This document shows positions 26,601-38,868 of a stretch of DNA of 64,000 bases, in pieces. Under the pieces are notes generated by a model. That model was not told where the DNA came from. It searched no databases and saw only the letters and a program-made list of their open reading frames with translations. A program made the position numbers and the translations under genes. Source of the stretch: Zygnema circumcarinatum SAG 698-1b (Eukaryota > Plantae > Zygnematophyceae); the NCBI GenBank assembly GCA_037447605.1, contig CM074806.1:3658001-3722000 (forward strand), in the 5' to 3' direction. Position 1 is the first letter of the stretch; the number at the start of each line of letters is the position of its first letter.

Positions 26601-27983
26601 GCAACCCACAGTTGCAATCATCAGCAATGGTGATTTAAAAAAACAACAAAAAATTACTCGCTTGGTCCAACCAAATCGAGCTGGAATCGCCGGTGACGCG
26701 ACAGGAGTTGCTCTCGTAGAGGCCGCTGCTCCAATGACGGCTCGCCACGCGGACAGCGGCCCTGCGCCGTCACCATCGCGTTCGTACGGTACCGCCGGCC
26801 GTACGTCCCATCGACCGCCCGATCTCGACCGGCGAGTCACCGCCGGTTCAGTCGGTGCCAGCGTCGGCTGCGAGCGCCGCGGGCCTCGGTGACGGGGTCC
26901 ATGTGGGCGCCGCTGATTCGCTGACGCGGCAGCCGCTGGACCCCAAACGACCAGTTCCGTAAGGAAACGCCATAGAACCGCCGTGACAGCAGTCACAGCA
27001 TACGCTGCCGCGGTGGCCCGTCCGTCCGTCCGTCCGTCCGTCGCACTGGTACTAGCGCGGGCGGCGAGTGCCGCCCCTCGCCGCCCTAAGCCACGTGGCG
27101 AATAGGGAGTGCAGCCACGTCGGAAAGAAGGCAGCGCCAGCTCGGCAGGGGACGGCCATGGCCGTACAGTGCGGCCCCGGCCCCGGCGCCCCGCGGAGCG
27201 CGTCAGGCCGAGTGAGTGACGTCGCCGTCCCGCTACGGCTGCGGGCGAAACCGCAAACCAGTTTGCTGCGGTGACGTTGACTGATGGCAGCGGCTGTACG
27301 AATGTACGGCTGCCCTTTTGCCCTGCGTACGGTACTTCGCCCTTTCGCACCGAGCGGAGGTACATGCCATGCCATGATGCCATGCCATGCGCAACTTTCT
27401 CTTTGAACGTCACGTCATGTGAGCTTTTGGTCGGAGGACACCGCCAGGTCTGCGCTGTGCTGGTGCCATGTTCAAGGTTTGATCTGAGTTTTGAGATCGC
27501 TGTCCAAGGTCATAGACAAGCCTACTTATGTCGCCCAAGAAAGAAGGCGCATGAGGTGCTGGCGGGACAGAGCGCTCCGGATTAGGTCTTATTGATCGCT
27601 GTCACAGCAGCTGCTCAGCGTGCAGACGCGCCCTTAAAAAATCGTTAATGACCCAGGAGCTCGTGAACATATGCAATTCGATCAGTATTCCATCGAGTCA
27701 TCAGGTAGTCTGAAATTTCAACATGTCCTAGGGCAAGTTGGCATAGCCTTTGGGACTATTTTCATGTGCAGTTTTTGAGCAAGAACTAACACGAGATTGT
27801 GATGCATTTGAAAAAGCCTGCTCCAGTATGCAAATGGAAGACTTTGTTCAATGTCAGAAAGCTCTAACTCAGTCACTCAGAGACTGTTGCTGGCTGCTGG
27901 TTTGACACATTTGTGTATTGACAGACGGCAGGGCTCTCCCCGAAGAGGAGAGGAGTTCTTCAGAGAGAGAACGCAGTTCTGAT

Positions 27984-30900
27984 ATGTCGCTGAGCACGCC
28001 GGCTGGAAATGGAGGGGAAGCCCACAGCTTTTCGGAAGACACAGAGGACACTGGTTTGAGGCACAGACGCAAGAGCACATCAAGGAGTGATGAAGTCGGT
28101 GCGCAGCCTCCCGTCCAAGGTGGGACGGAAAATGAGCAAGAGCAGAGCAGCCGCTTCACGCTGCGTCCCTCGGCTCCAGCACATCGTCGCCCAAAGGAGA
28201 GCCCTCTCAGTTCGAATGCTATTTTTGACCAAGTGAGTTTTTGCTCCCTGCCTTTGAAAGTGAGTGAAGTGAAAGTGAGTTTCGATGGGCTTATTCTCTT
28301 CGCACGTTTCACTCTTTTCTCTGGAAACCATTGCTGACTATCGGTTTATTGTCCTCTCCAGAGTCATGCTGGACTTTTCAACCTTTGCGTGGTGGTCCTG
28401 TTGGCAGTCAATAGCCGTCTCATCATCGAGAATCTAATGAAGGTGACTCTCTGCCTTTATACCTTCAAGCTGAGAAAAAAACGTTTCCTTGGCAAACTCC
28501 GGCTAGAATATCACCCAGCCTGAACCAACCTTTACCACCCCCACTAATGATTTAACATGAGTTTAGCTTGAAGCTTGGCTGCCGCCGCCTTAGGACAATG
28601 CAGAATCCGGGGTTCGTAATCGGGGATGGGAATTGAGAGCGAGACCCCCCTGCCAAATTTGGCATAAGTGCGCCTCGGAATTTTTTTTGTACAGCGACCA
28701 GAAAGAAGAATAATCCTTAAGAACATTTGGCAGTGGTAGAGAGCCGTCGTCCCCATCATTATGAGATTTAGCAAGTGGGAGATCTCGCACCTAAGAATAT
28801 GAAGTGATTTATCAATTACCTAACAAAAAGGTCAAGGAAGGTTATGAGTCTGCGGCAGCAGCGATGTCCTTCTTCCATATGCCCCGCAAAGTATCCTTGG
28901 CTAATTTTGCCGATAAGGGGCTCATAAAAGAGCTTTACATTCGAAGTCCCCTAAAGGTCTTGAACTCAATCCTCGTGGGCAAATTTGGTATTTATATGCC
29001 AGCACATCTTTTTTGGATATCTCCTCGGTTCTTTTGAGGAGTAGAGTCGGAAGGTGTGGAGTTTGTAGAGTTTTTGTGGTAAAGTTCTTGTGTGTTTCTT
29101 CTCCCTGACGTGCTGGGTTTGATGGCATTAAACAGTACGGCATTTTGATGCGCGCTAACTTCTGGCTGGCTTCACATTCGCCGAGAGATTGGCCTCTTCT
29201 TATGTGTGGGTAGGCACTGAATGCCACTTAATTGTAGTGTGGAGAAATCATGAAGAGGTTTAAGCATCAATATGCTCTTCAGATGAGCCTTTCCAACCAA
29301 CATTGGCACAGATAGCCGCACCTTCTTTTCTCTTGGACGCAGATAGCGGACAATGTTTGGAGCAGGTTTCGGATATCGATCTGGGATTCATGTCATGAAT
29401 TCTTAATGTTTCTTTGCATGTGCCAGCAGCTTTAAGAATACTACTTACACTCGCACTTTAAATATCTTTCTATGTTTTTGCATGAGCAATGTTGAATTTT
29501 GGTCAGTCCTACGGAAAGGGAATTGCTTTTTTTTTCTACATTCTGGTGAAAGTTTGAAGTTAGGTGCGTTTTTTTCGCTAATGTTTGGGCTGACAGAGAA
29601 AGAGTGCTTTGTGCGGTTGCCTGGGTTTCAGTTTGACGCTGCCAGTTTTTCCACTGCTCGCGGTTGGCATCGAATCACTCAAGTTACGGACAAAAGTATC
29701 CGAAAAGGTTGGCTGCTATAAAAGCCTTCAATGGTTCACTTTTGGCGGAGCTATGACCTCTTTTTCTTCTCGGCAATGGCTGGGCCTGAGCCATAGCTTC
29801 TTCTCGTGCCTTGCTTGTCACAGTATTTAGTGTGTACGGTTACGCAGCTTTTACTAACCGTTGGATTCTTGCGGTCTTGGCCAGTTAATTGGCATGATGC
29901 ACACATTGAATTGTGCAGCCACATTCGCCTATCCAGCATACGTCATTCACTCGTAAGTTGCCCTAGTTCTCATTGTGAAGCATGGACCACCTCTTTGTAT
30001 TTGGTTCTCTCTGTTCGGGAAGTTGAGCTTTTCAAGTTGCTTAAAACACAGTTGCTTGCAAGCAGCTGACTGTCATAAAGAACCTGCGGACTCTCTTGCT
30101 TTGACTTGCAGCTGTCGGTTGGCCTTTTCAACTTCTTGCATCTGAATCCCGATCTGAGCCAAAACTTTGTCATGGCACGAAGTTTGACCTGATGAAATAA
30201 AAGTCTGCCAGAAGAAACGACTTTTTGATTTACTTGACTTGTTTTTTGGTTTTATTTTTTTGCTTACAGAGTACAGTCTGGGCCACTTGGAGGCTTCATC
30301 CTGATCCTCATCACCGTCATTACCTGCATGAAGCTGGTCTCCTACGCCCATACAAACTTTGATATCAGAGCTCTCATAGCTGCTGGAGAGCAGGTTTGTT
30401 AGTGGCCTCACTACGCGTGTGAACACAGTCCAGTTAAATGCGTGTCCTTCAGCAGCTGTTGTGCTTCTTTTTTTCTTTCCTCTTTTTGTTTTTCCGTTAC
30501 TTGGGGCTCCTTAATTTACTTTTTTTGGGTTGGGTTTGTGTCCCTATAGGCCCTGTCTAATGTTGCCCGAGTCTCTTTCCTACTCTGAAGAGTAGCATTG
30601 TGGGTGGTATGACCTTTCTGTGGATTTTCTGTTGGTTTCTTTTCAGATTTGAAGAGCATGCGGAATCTGTTGTGCTACCTCACAAATGTGTCCTTTGAGC
30701 ATCTAAATGCACAGCTTACACAACTGATAGTAGATGGTTTATTGGTTTCCTGGTCATCCGTTATACCTGACCTGTCACTTTAGGTTTCTTGCCTACGGCT
30801 TTGACCAATGTCCTGATTTTAACTAACAGGACAGAATGAGAGGGGTGCTGTGCTATGTAGCAGCCTGACCCATCGGAGGGTGCGCCACTCGTCCGCTATC

Positions 30901-33569
30901 CCGATAACATAACATTGAAGAACATGCTTTACTTCTTGGCTGCCCCAACACTTTGCTACCAGGTTTGGTCCTTCAATCATTTTCCATGTGAATTTTGGGG
31001 CATGGGCCAGCTAGCAAAGAAGGTGCATTTCCTACTATCGCCAATTTTACTCAGATTGTGTTCACGATGTGGTGCAGCTTGGCTATCCACGCTCGCACTT
31101 TGTCCGCAAGGGATGGGTGGTGCGGCAGGTGGTGAAGCTGGCGTTCTTCTTTGGTCTCATGCTTTTCATCATTGAGCAGGTATGCATGAACTTAGCCATT
31201 AACACTGAACACCTGTGAGAGAAAGTTAGTACCAAACATCTGCCACTTGCTGTCTAGCTTTTGTCTGCATTGCCAATGCGCGGCTGCTGAGGCAATGAGA
31301 ACAACAATGATAAATGTATTCATGAAGATTCGCGAGGCAGCTTGTGTGCCATGATAAGCCTTCTGGCAGCGTCATGTTCACTCGTCTCAGCCCAATCGTC
31401 GTTTTGGATTTTGCTGATGTTTCTGATGATCGACTGCTATGACCTGTGAAACAGCAATAGCGCTTTAAAGTAGGGGGGTGGAACATGAGCTATTTTCCAC
31501 TTGTTTGTCACTTGTCACTTGTTTGTCACTTGTCACTTGTTTGTTGACTTATATGTGCAGTATATCAACCCAACAATCCAGAACTCGCAGCATCCATTTA
31601 AAGGTCATTTAGTGTACAGTGTGGAGCGGGTGCTCAAGCTATCTATACCGACGCTTTACGTGTGGCTGTGCATGTTCTACTGCTTCTTCCATCTCTGGTA
31701 GGCTTCTTCCCAAGCATGACCCTCGAAGCTGGACAGCGGAGCATTCGACACAGCAGAAGGCAAAACTGAGGATGCACTGTCTTGTGTTCCCCCTGTGAAG
31801 GTTGAACATTCTTGCAGAAGTCATTCGATTTGGTGACCGAGAGTTTTACAAGGACTGGTGGAATGCGAAGTCAATTGAAGAGGTAGTTCAACTTATGCCT
31901 CGTCTTTTTTTCTGTTGAAAAGCCTGCATTTGATTTGTTGGTGGCAAGAGACAAGCGTGTTCCGCAGAGAGGCGTGCAAGAATAGAAATCAACGGCAAAG
32001 TGTCCATGCTGCCAGTTTGTTACATGCCATGACAATGTACCATTCTATTTACTTAGGCCATGTAGCATATTTTTGTTTAATAAGTGGTGCTTTCTAATAG
32101 TTTGCTCTTGTGTTTGTGACCCATATTCTGATGGACTGGCTCTCTAGTATTGGCGGCTATGGAATATGGTGAGCTACCGCTGTTTCCTGATAGCCACATT
32201 TCCTTGGTTCCTCTTCCGCAGTCATCAAACCTGCAAATTATCAATTTGAGATTTTTTTTGTTTTTATTAAAGGGCTCCAGTACCGTCTCTGTTGGATTGA
32301 AGAAATTATGTGTTGTAGTTGTTGATCGGGCAGAAAAGCTTCTTACATTGTGGTGGATCATGTATTGCTGATGGGGGAGACCAGCCTGTACACAAGTGGA
32401 TGGTGCGCCATGTCTACTTCCCGTGCTTGCGAATAGGGTGCTCGAAAGTGAGTGAGTGAGCGTTAATTGAAGAAAAATCTTGCGTTACTTTGAGAAAATA
32501 TCCTTCAGAGCGTTCTCTCATGAGTACTGTAGTTAGCTCATGCTTTGAGATCTAACACAGAGCTGTTGAATGAACGAAGTGTAGGGCATAAGGCAGGCTG
32601 GAAGGTAGTTGAGAAGTTATGTTGTCTTCTCCTCTTCTAATGCTCCTGCTTGGTGAATCTAAGAATAAGGCTTGTTGTTCTTGCAGCCAATAGCAGTGGT
32701 TATTGTCTTCACAGTCTCAGCGATTTTCCACGAGGTCAGTTGAATGGAGCGGCCGACGAATCAGCAGCTTGAAATATTCTTTAGTCGCTATCTTTTCTGG
32801 GGCGCAACAGAGAGTTTTGGAGCTTGCCCATAAGCGGACAGTTTCATGAAAGCACTCTTCCGTTTTGTGGTTTCAGTTTTGAAATTGCCGTTCGTGCTTT
32901 GTTTTCCCCAGCTCAGATGACGACCTCGCTTGCTTCTTCCTTTTCGGTTTTAACACCATCCTTCCTATTTTTTTGCTGCGAGGGGGCAGGTGCTGGTGGG
33001 ACTTCCCTGCCATATGTTCCGGATGTGGGCATTTTTGGGCATCATCTTTCAGGTATCTTAAACTTGAGATGCACATACCAAGATGTCGCCCCCCTTCTCC
33101 TTCTGTATGTCTAAATACACACACCAAGCTGCCCATCGCCTTCGATTCTGCTTGTCTTCGTTCTGGATGACATCATTGGCATCGTTGGTCGGGGCTTCGC
33201 AGGTGCCACTTGTGGTTGTGACCAATGTACTTTTGCAGAAGTTCAATCAACCAATGGTGAGCTCCAGCTTGATGACAATCGTGCCATCGTTGGGGCCACT
33301 TGTTATCTCCAAGAAAAAATTCACAACTCTTAAGCTCCTTTTTTGCATTTAGATGGCAAAAATATGTTTCAAGAGATTGAAGATGTTTGAATCAACTGCA
33401 TTGTGACTAGTGCTTGGATTGCGGGGTGCAGGTTGGCAATATGCTTTTCTGGTTTTTTTTCTGCATTGTGGGGCAACCCACTTGCCTGCTCCTCTACTAC
33501 CACGACGTTCAGGTGAACTCCCAACAGCAACTCCTCTTGGATGCGGCCTCTTCCGCGCTTTCCTCCTGA
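27984..33569 (+). CDS. DGAT1: Diacylglycerol O-acyltransferase 1 (MBOAT), 16 exons; start codon tentative
   Basis: [69 protein letters not shown]|[27 protein letters not shown]. All 16 exons join in phase. Confidence 0.95.
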
Positions 33570-34174
33570 CCCCTCTGTAAGGAGCAGCGGAGGGTCCCTC
33601 CGGTGCACGAGCTCCTCTTCTCCCTTCTCTTATCCTCTCTCTCAACAAGACGCTTCTCTTTGTAGAATTGCCGGTGCTGAGGCTCATGCGTATGATATGC
33701 TAAGGTTAGGGAGAAACGGCATGTACAGATCTGTCTACTGGGAGCGCCTGGAACTATTTTTAGCGCTCATTGACTTATGATAGTACCCGCCTTTCCCGGT
33801 TGTTTTGTAAGGGTAAATTTTGGTTGTAAATTTCTCCCTTTTGTTACATTTAATGTCCTTTTTAGTCACCAAAGATAAGTGTATAGGGAAACATTAATAG
33901 ACCATTTTATTGGGAAAAAATGGAAGAAATGTGGATAACACCAATCTATACAGCCACCTGAAAGAAGAATAAAAGCCACTTTTTAATACAAGAGCAGCTG
34001 GAAGAGATCGAATTGCCACAATTGGGAGCAATTGCCTCAAGGTACAACTTACAAAAAAACGATTCAGTTTATTGTCCGTGAAAAACTCTGAGATGTGAAA
34101 TAGGTAACAACCCTCATGCAACTCAGATAATCAAAAATGAATACTTGCCGGACGGCTCCCAAATGTTGGGTTCC

Positions 34175-35952
34175 TCAGTGTGCACCGATAGGGCTAGGGT
34201 TCCCATAGTCTGCCAGATCGCTCCTTCCTCCAACGCTGCAGCTGCTATAAGCATTTTCAGGAAGAGAACGAAGTTGTCCAACGCCTTCGCTGCTACCCTT
34301 TTCAAGACCTGAGAGGCCAGCACCAAGCCTTCTCGTTCTATCCTTCACAGTCGTTCCCTTCAGCCTCTTCTTCTCCAGTCGGGCACCAATTGTCTGACCG
34401 ATGATGCAGGAAATGAACGTGAAGGCCATGGCATACTTCGGCAACAGGACCGCCTTCCGCAGCATAGCAACAAATGGAACAGCTGCATGAACGGCGAGTA
34501 TCCATTGGGGAGAGAATTTCTCGCAGTGCTCTCGCCAGACTCCCAGTGGTACATTGAGTCCCATCCCAAGCATGCCGATTGCCAAAACTTTAATTGGTAG
34601 AGCTTGTGGTCTAAGAGCTTTCACAGTAGGATGCTTCGCCAAAGCAGCTCGGGCAGCCACGATGGCAGGTGGACAATGGTACTTCATCCCGGAAGGAGGG
34701 GTTAACATCTTTGCCACCAGCGGCAGCATTCCGTTGAGAGCACGATACGTTTTGGCAATGGGACAGTTTCCAGTTGCCAGCCATTCGCTGCCTAGTGCCT
34801 CGTGGCTATTGGGAACCTGCAACAATGGGATTTTCAATTCAAGCAACTCAGCACTCATTCTCTCAAGGGAGCACACGGGACACCAATCGTCAAAGTCAAA
34901 AATATGAATACCTCACCATATCTGTCGACTACGGTTTCGAGACTAACACATAGAATGACAAGGATGACTAAAAAGTAGTCCACATATTCACAGACGGCAG
35001 GCTTTTGTGTGTATCCCCTGCATCTGCCATCCACACTTCATCACCACGGCCCAAACTTAGGAAAAACTTCGCCCTAGAAGTGAAATAAAACCAGCCAGCC
35101 CCTATCAGCCCTATTTCGTGGCTACGTTCCACATGCTCAGTCTGCAAAAAATGATTCTCGACAACTACTTTTGAAAAAAAAAAATCAAAGCAGGTAAAAC
35201 CATAGAAAACTGAGAAAACTATAGCATACCGAGAAAACCATAGCATCAGCCATAAACTCTGTAACCAAGGTCTCACGTGAAATAACCTAACACCAACGCG
35301 GCCAGAGTCATGAAACTGCACGACACCTTGCAACTCATCGCTTGCACATTCAACAACTTAGACCACCCGGACTAGACAGACAACAGATCAAGACACACAA
35401 AACAGCCTGTGACAGCATCGTTGAAATTCCTTCCAACAGAAATCTAACACTCACCTCAGCTCTTCGGTCCTCCATATTCTTATTCCTTTTCTCCTCCGCA
35501 CTTGCTTTCTTTCGTCTTTCTTGTTCTGCCTTAAAGGAATTGTAACTGAAAGGCCCTGCGGGGCCAAATGCTGACAGACTGATGGTAGCTGCTGAAGCAG
35601 CAAGAATCCCCGTCACAGACTCAGAGGGAGCCTTGAAGGGAATCAATGAGGCACTGCTTGAGTATGAACTATTGGCCTGAGACATATGCGGGCAAGCATC
35701 CATGCCAGGACTATTTCCCGAAAGAGGAACAACACCATTGCTGCCATGAAACAGGCGAAAGGCATCATTAAAACTGGGGCCATCTTCGAAAATAGGACCC
35801 CTCGACTTGCGAGACTGATGCTCGTCAGCAGCAGAGCCCTTCCGGCCAAAGTTGAAGCTTGTCGGCTCTCCAATATTCCGCAAAAAAGGGCACTTTTGCA
35901 AGCCATACGACACCATGTCTGCCAGCCTCTCGCACTTCTGAGGAGCCTCCAT
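34175..35952 (-). CDS. Conserved plant protein, NHR2A/NHR2B-like, 2 exons
   Basis: CPFLRNI, GPIFEDGPSF..AFRLFHG..GVVPL, HEALGSEWLATGNCPIAK, CPPAIVAARAALAK, WREHCEKFSPQW..AVHAAVPF. The family match is clear; the NHR2 name is from memory. Confidence 0.75.
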
Positions 35953-36569
35953 GCTTCCGAAACAAACGCAGATTCACTATTTCCTACGTGTTTCTGAGGA
36001 TCAGCGATGCGGACGAGTGCCAAGAAACGCTCTCACTCTCTCCCTCTCAGCAGCAGCGGCAGATGGTGTTAGGGCTCACCATTCGTCCTTGAGCCGCTAA
36101 TCGCAAAATAAGGGGGGAGGCGGCACTGAGGCGTCTGGAAGCGCCACGCGGCGGGCCCCCATTGGTGCTCGACGCGATGGGGCCAGCGTGGCACAACGAC
36201 ACGCGTGGCGACAGGACAGCGCCGCATGCGATGGGGCCATGCCCATGCCATGCCTTCGCGGGCATGGGGCCATGAAGGGCATGGGGCCGGCTGCCGGCAG
36301 GGTCGAGGGACGGACCAATCATTGGAGGGTCGCTGCGCGGCGCCGCACCCTTCGGTTGGCCGACGAGACGGACCGGCTCCGGCTCGTACGGACTGTACCA
36401 ATTCGTACAGTACTTGTGGTGTACGGTACAGTACAGATGTTTGGGAAAGGAAACTGCTATTTTCACACTTTTTTTGTCTAGATACACATCTTTTTTCGTC
36501 TGGCAGATTGTATTTTAGAAACAAAAGGGTTAAAAAACCTAAAAGCCCACATTAATGCAGATTAAATTT

Positions 36570-37050
36570 GAGGAAACTTTCATTGAACTCGCGATGGCGA
36601 GGCCATCAAATGTACATGGACAAAGGCAAAATGTGGAACCACGAAGGACTGGTCACAAAGGACCGAAACACAACGCAATTTGAGTGCGTCTGCGNNNNNN
36701 NNNNCCCCCCCCCCCCCCCCGGGCCTTGTAAACAGTACGCACAACTAGTGTTCCGTACTATACACCGTGAGGTTCGAAACAGTGTATAATACCGTATTAA
36801 TACAGTATTATACACGGCGTGCAGCGGTTGTTAAGACCCGTCCCGGTGGTCTCCCGCCCCTTCCTGCGCGTGTTGCGCCCCACATCGGCGACCTTCGCGG
36901 TTGCTTCTAGTGCCGTGTTGTTGAGCATAGAAGTAGATTTCCGTGTCGAGGCTTTCTCTTTGTCATTAGGTCCTTTGTGACCGCTTCCTCTGGTTCCCTA
37001 TGTCGATTTTATCCATGTACATTTGATGGCCTTGCCATCGTGAGTTCAAA
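36570..37050. mobile_element. Inverted pair of the ~100-bp dispersed repeat (copies A 36570-36665 forward, B 36966-37050 reverse)
   Basis: Both carry TTGAACTC(A/G)CGATGGC..GGCCATCAAATGTACATGGA...GGAACCA...GGTCACAAAGGACC in opposite orientation. Confidence 0.7.
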
Positions 37051-37075
37051 CAAACATCTTTCTTTGTATAATACT

Positions 37076-38011
37076 GGGTAGTGATATTTCCACCCCTTTT
37101 TTGGATCCAAACACCCCTTCCCGGCCGGGCAGATTTCAAAAGGGATTAAAAAAGGAAAATGCTTTTTTCACACCTTTTTGGAATCGATACCCACCTTCCG
37201 TCGGCTGATTTTATTTTTGCTAACCAAGGAAAATGATACCCCGTCACCGCATTTTGAATACTGTATCCCGCCTACCTGAATTTTTTTTTTGAGGGAAAGA
37301 AATATCTGCCTGCCCGAATCCGCTCGGAGCGGAAGATCCGTCCGCCACGAGATCGTTCGCGGGTGTCCGTCCTTAACACGTGTGTGTCAATCGCAGCTGT
37401 CGATTCCCTCGCAGATCGCACCACTGCAGATCACCGTTCGATCTGCAGCCGGGCTTGATCTCAGCGAATGGAAAGCGCCCACGAGTCCCGTCAAAGCCGG
37501 ATCGCACGTGCGAGTGCGCTCGTACCTCGGCCCGAGATCTTGTTCTATTGTCAGCTCCCAGCCAATCAACATTTGCCACGTGTTAAATTTTTGACGTGGA
37601 AAATTTTGATTGGTCCAAACTCTCAATGTACAAAATTTTTGGTACGACCGTACGATATTTGTACGGACAATTTTTTTAGACGACTTTGGCGGGATACGTG
37701 GGCCCGTGCCAGTCGCTGTGAACGAGCCCGGCTGCAGATCAAATAGTGATCTGCCTCGTTGCGATCTGCGAGGGAATCGACGGCTGCGATTGACCGCACG
37801 CGTGAAAAAAAATTCAGGTAGGCAGGATATTCAAATGGAGTGAAGGGTTATAATTTTCCTTATTTCGCAAAAATACAATCTGCCAATGGAGGGTGGGTAT
37901 CGATTCCAAAAAGGTGTGAAAAAAGCATTTTCCGTTTTTAATCCTTTTTGAAATCTGCCCGACCGGGAAGGGGTGTTTGGATCCAAAAAAGGGGTGGAAA
38001 TATCACTACCC
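37076..38011. mobile_element. 936-bp foldback/MULE-like MITE with ~190-bp TIRs and 8-bp TSD
   Basis: Starts GGGTAGTGATATTTCCACCCC and ends GGGGTGGAAATATCACTACCC; ATAATACT on both flanks (37068-37075, 38012-38019). A second internal inverted pair lies at ~37375-37460 / 37720-37805. Confidence 0.92.
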
Positions 38012-38053
38012 ATAATACTTAGGTGCTAGTGATAAGATCCGTACAATTGGACA

Positions 38054-38539
38054 TACAGTCAGCAGTCCTCATATTTTCCACCCTGTACAGTGCGTCACCA
38101 AGAAATTCGCCCCGATTTTGCCGAAACCACCTTTTTGTACGGTAACTCTGTGTTAACCGTACTACCCTTACTACCCGTACCCCTAAAACCCTAGAAACCC
38201 TGAAAACCGTACTAGCCGTACTAGCCGTACTAGCCGTACTTGCTGTACTAGCCGTTACGGGCTTCAGCAAAACTCACCGAATCTTCCCGCACGTGCCGCC
38301 GTAAGAGGCGCTCGCTCGTCTTTCCTCCTTTTTGGCGCCGATACGACACGATACGATATGATACTGAACGACACGGTACGATGCGGTACGATATGGTACG
38401 ATACGATACGTACGGTCCAACATGAACTCTAACAATACCGCCCGTCTATTGGTAACACGAACCTTCTATTTGCAAAAATCAATATTTTCGCCTCATATTT
38501 GCCAAAACCATGGTGAAAATATGAGGACTGTTGACTGTA
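38054..38539. mobile_element. Degenerate inverted-repeat element with internal simple repeats
   Basis: Arms CAGTCAGCAGTCCTCATATTTTCCACC (38056) and GGTGAAAATATGAGGACTGTTGACTG (38512). Inside: (CCGTACTAG)n at ~38207-38250 and (GATAC)n-like at ~38339-38415. Confidence 0.6.
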
Positions 38540-38754
38540 CTGTAGAGTCGTAGAACTTTTTGTACGGGAGTAATGTACGGACTGTACGGGCATATTCACA
38601 CGTGTTGAGTGTTTAGTGTATGCCCATGACGATGAAGACTATGAAGACGCACAGTTTAGCTCCATGGACTTCAATGGGTTGTTGGACGATCCAAACCTTG
38701 ACCACATTAATCTGAATATTTATAACATCATCAATGAGACGAACGATACACTAG

Positions 38755-38868
38755 GTTTTTACTTTTCGTCCTTAGGTCCTTTGCGACCAGTTCCTCGTGG
38801 TTCCCCATGCTCTTTTTGTCCATGTACATTTGATGACCTTGCCATCGTGAGATCAATGCCATTTTCCT
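38755..38868 (-). repeat. ~100-bp dispersed repeat, copy C
   Basis: Reverse-strand match to the family consensus. Confidence 0.8.

Noticed and set aside
26433-27413. 326-aa minus-strand ORF and neighbouring long ORFs (25595-26134, 39255-39746, 494-1093)
   Set aside because: Stop-poor GC-rich or repeat DNA with Arg/Ala/Pro-biased translations and no domain motifs; no transposase signature.
38181-38208. Interstitial telomere-like run CCCTAAAACCCTAGAAACCCTGAAAACC
   Set aside because: Only about three degenerate units inside a repeat element; too short to indicate a fusion or healing site.
38200-38415. CRISPR-like or coding tandem arrays (also 52972-53057 and 31501-31545)
   Set aside because: These are spacerless micro/minisatellites in a eukaryotic context with no cas genes.
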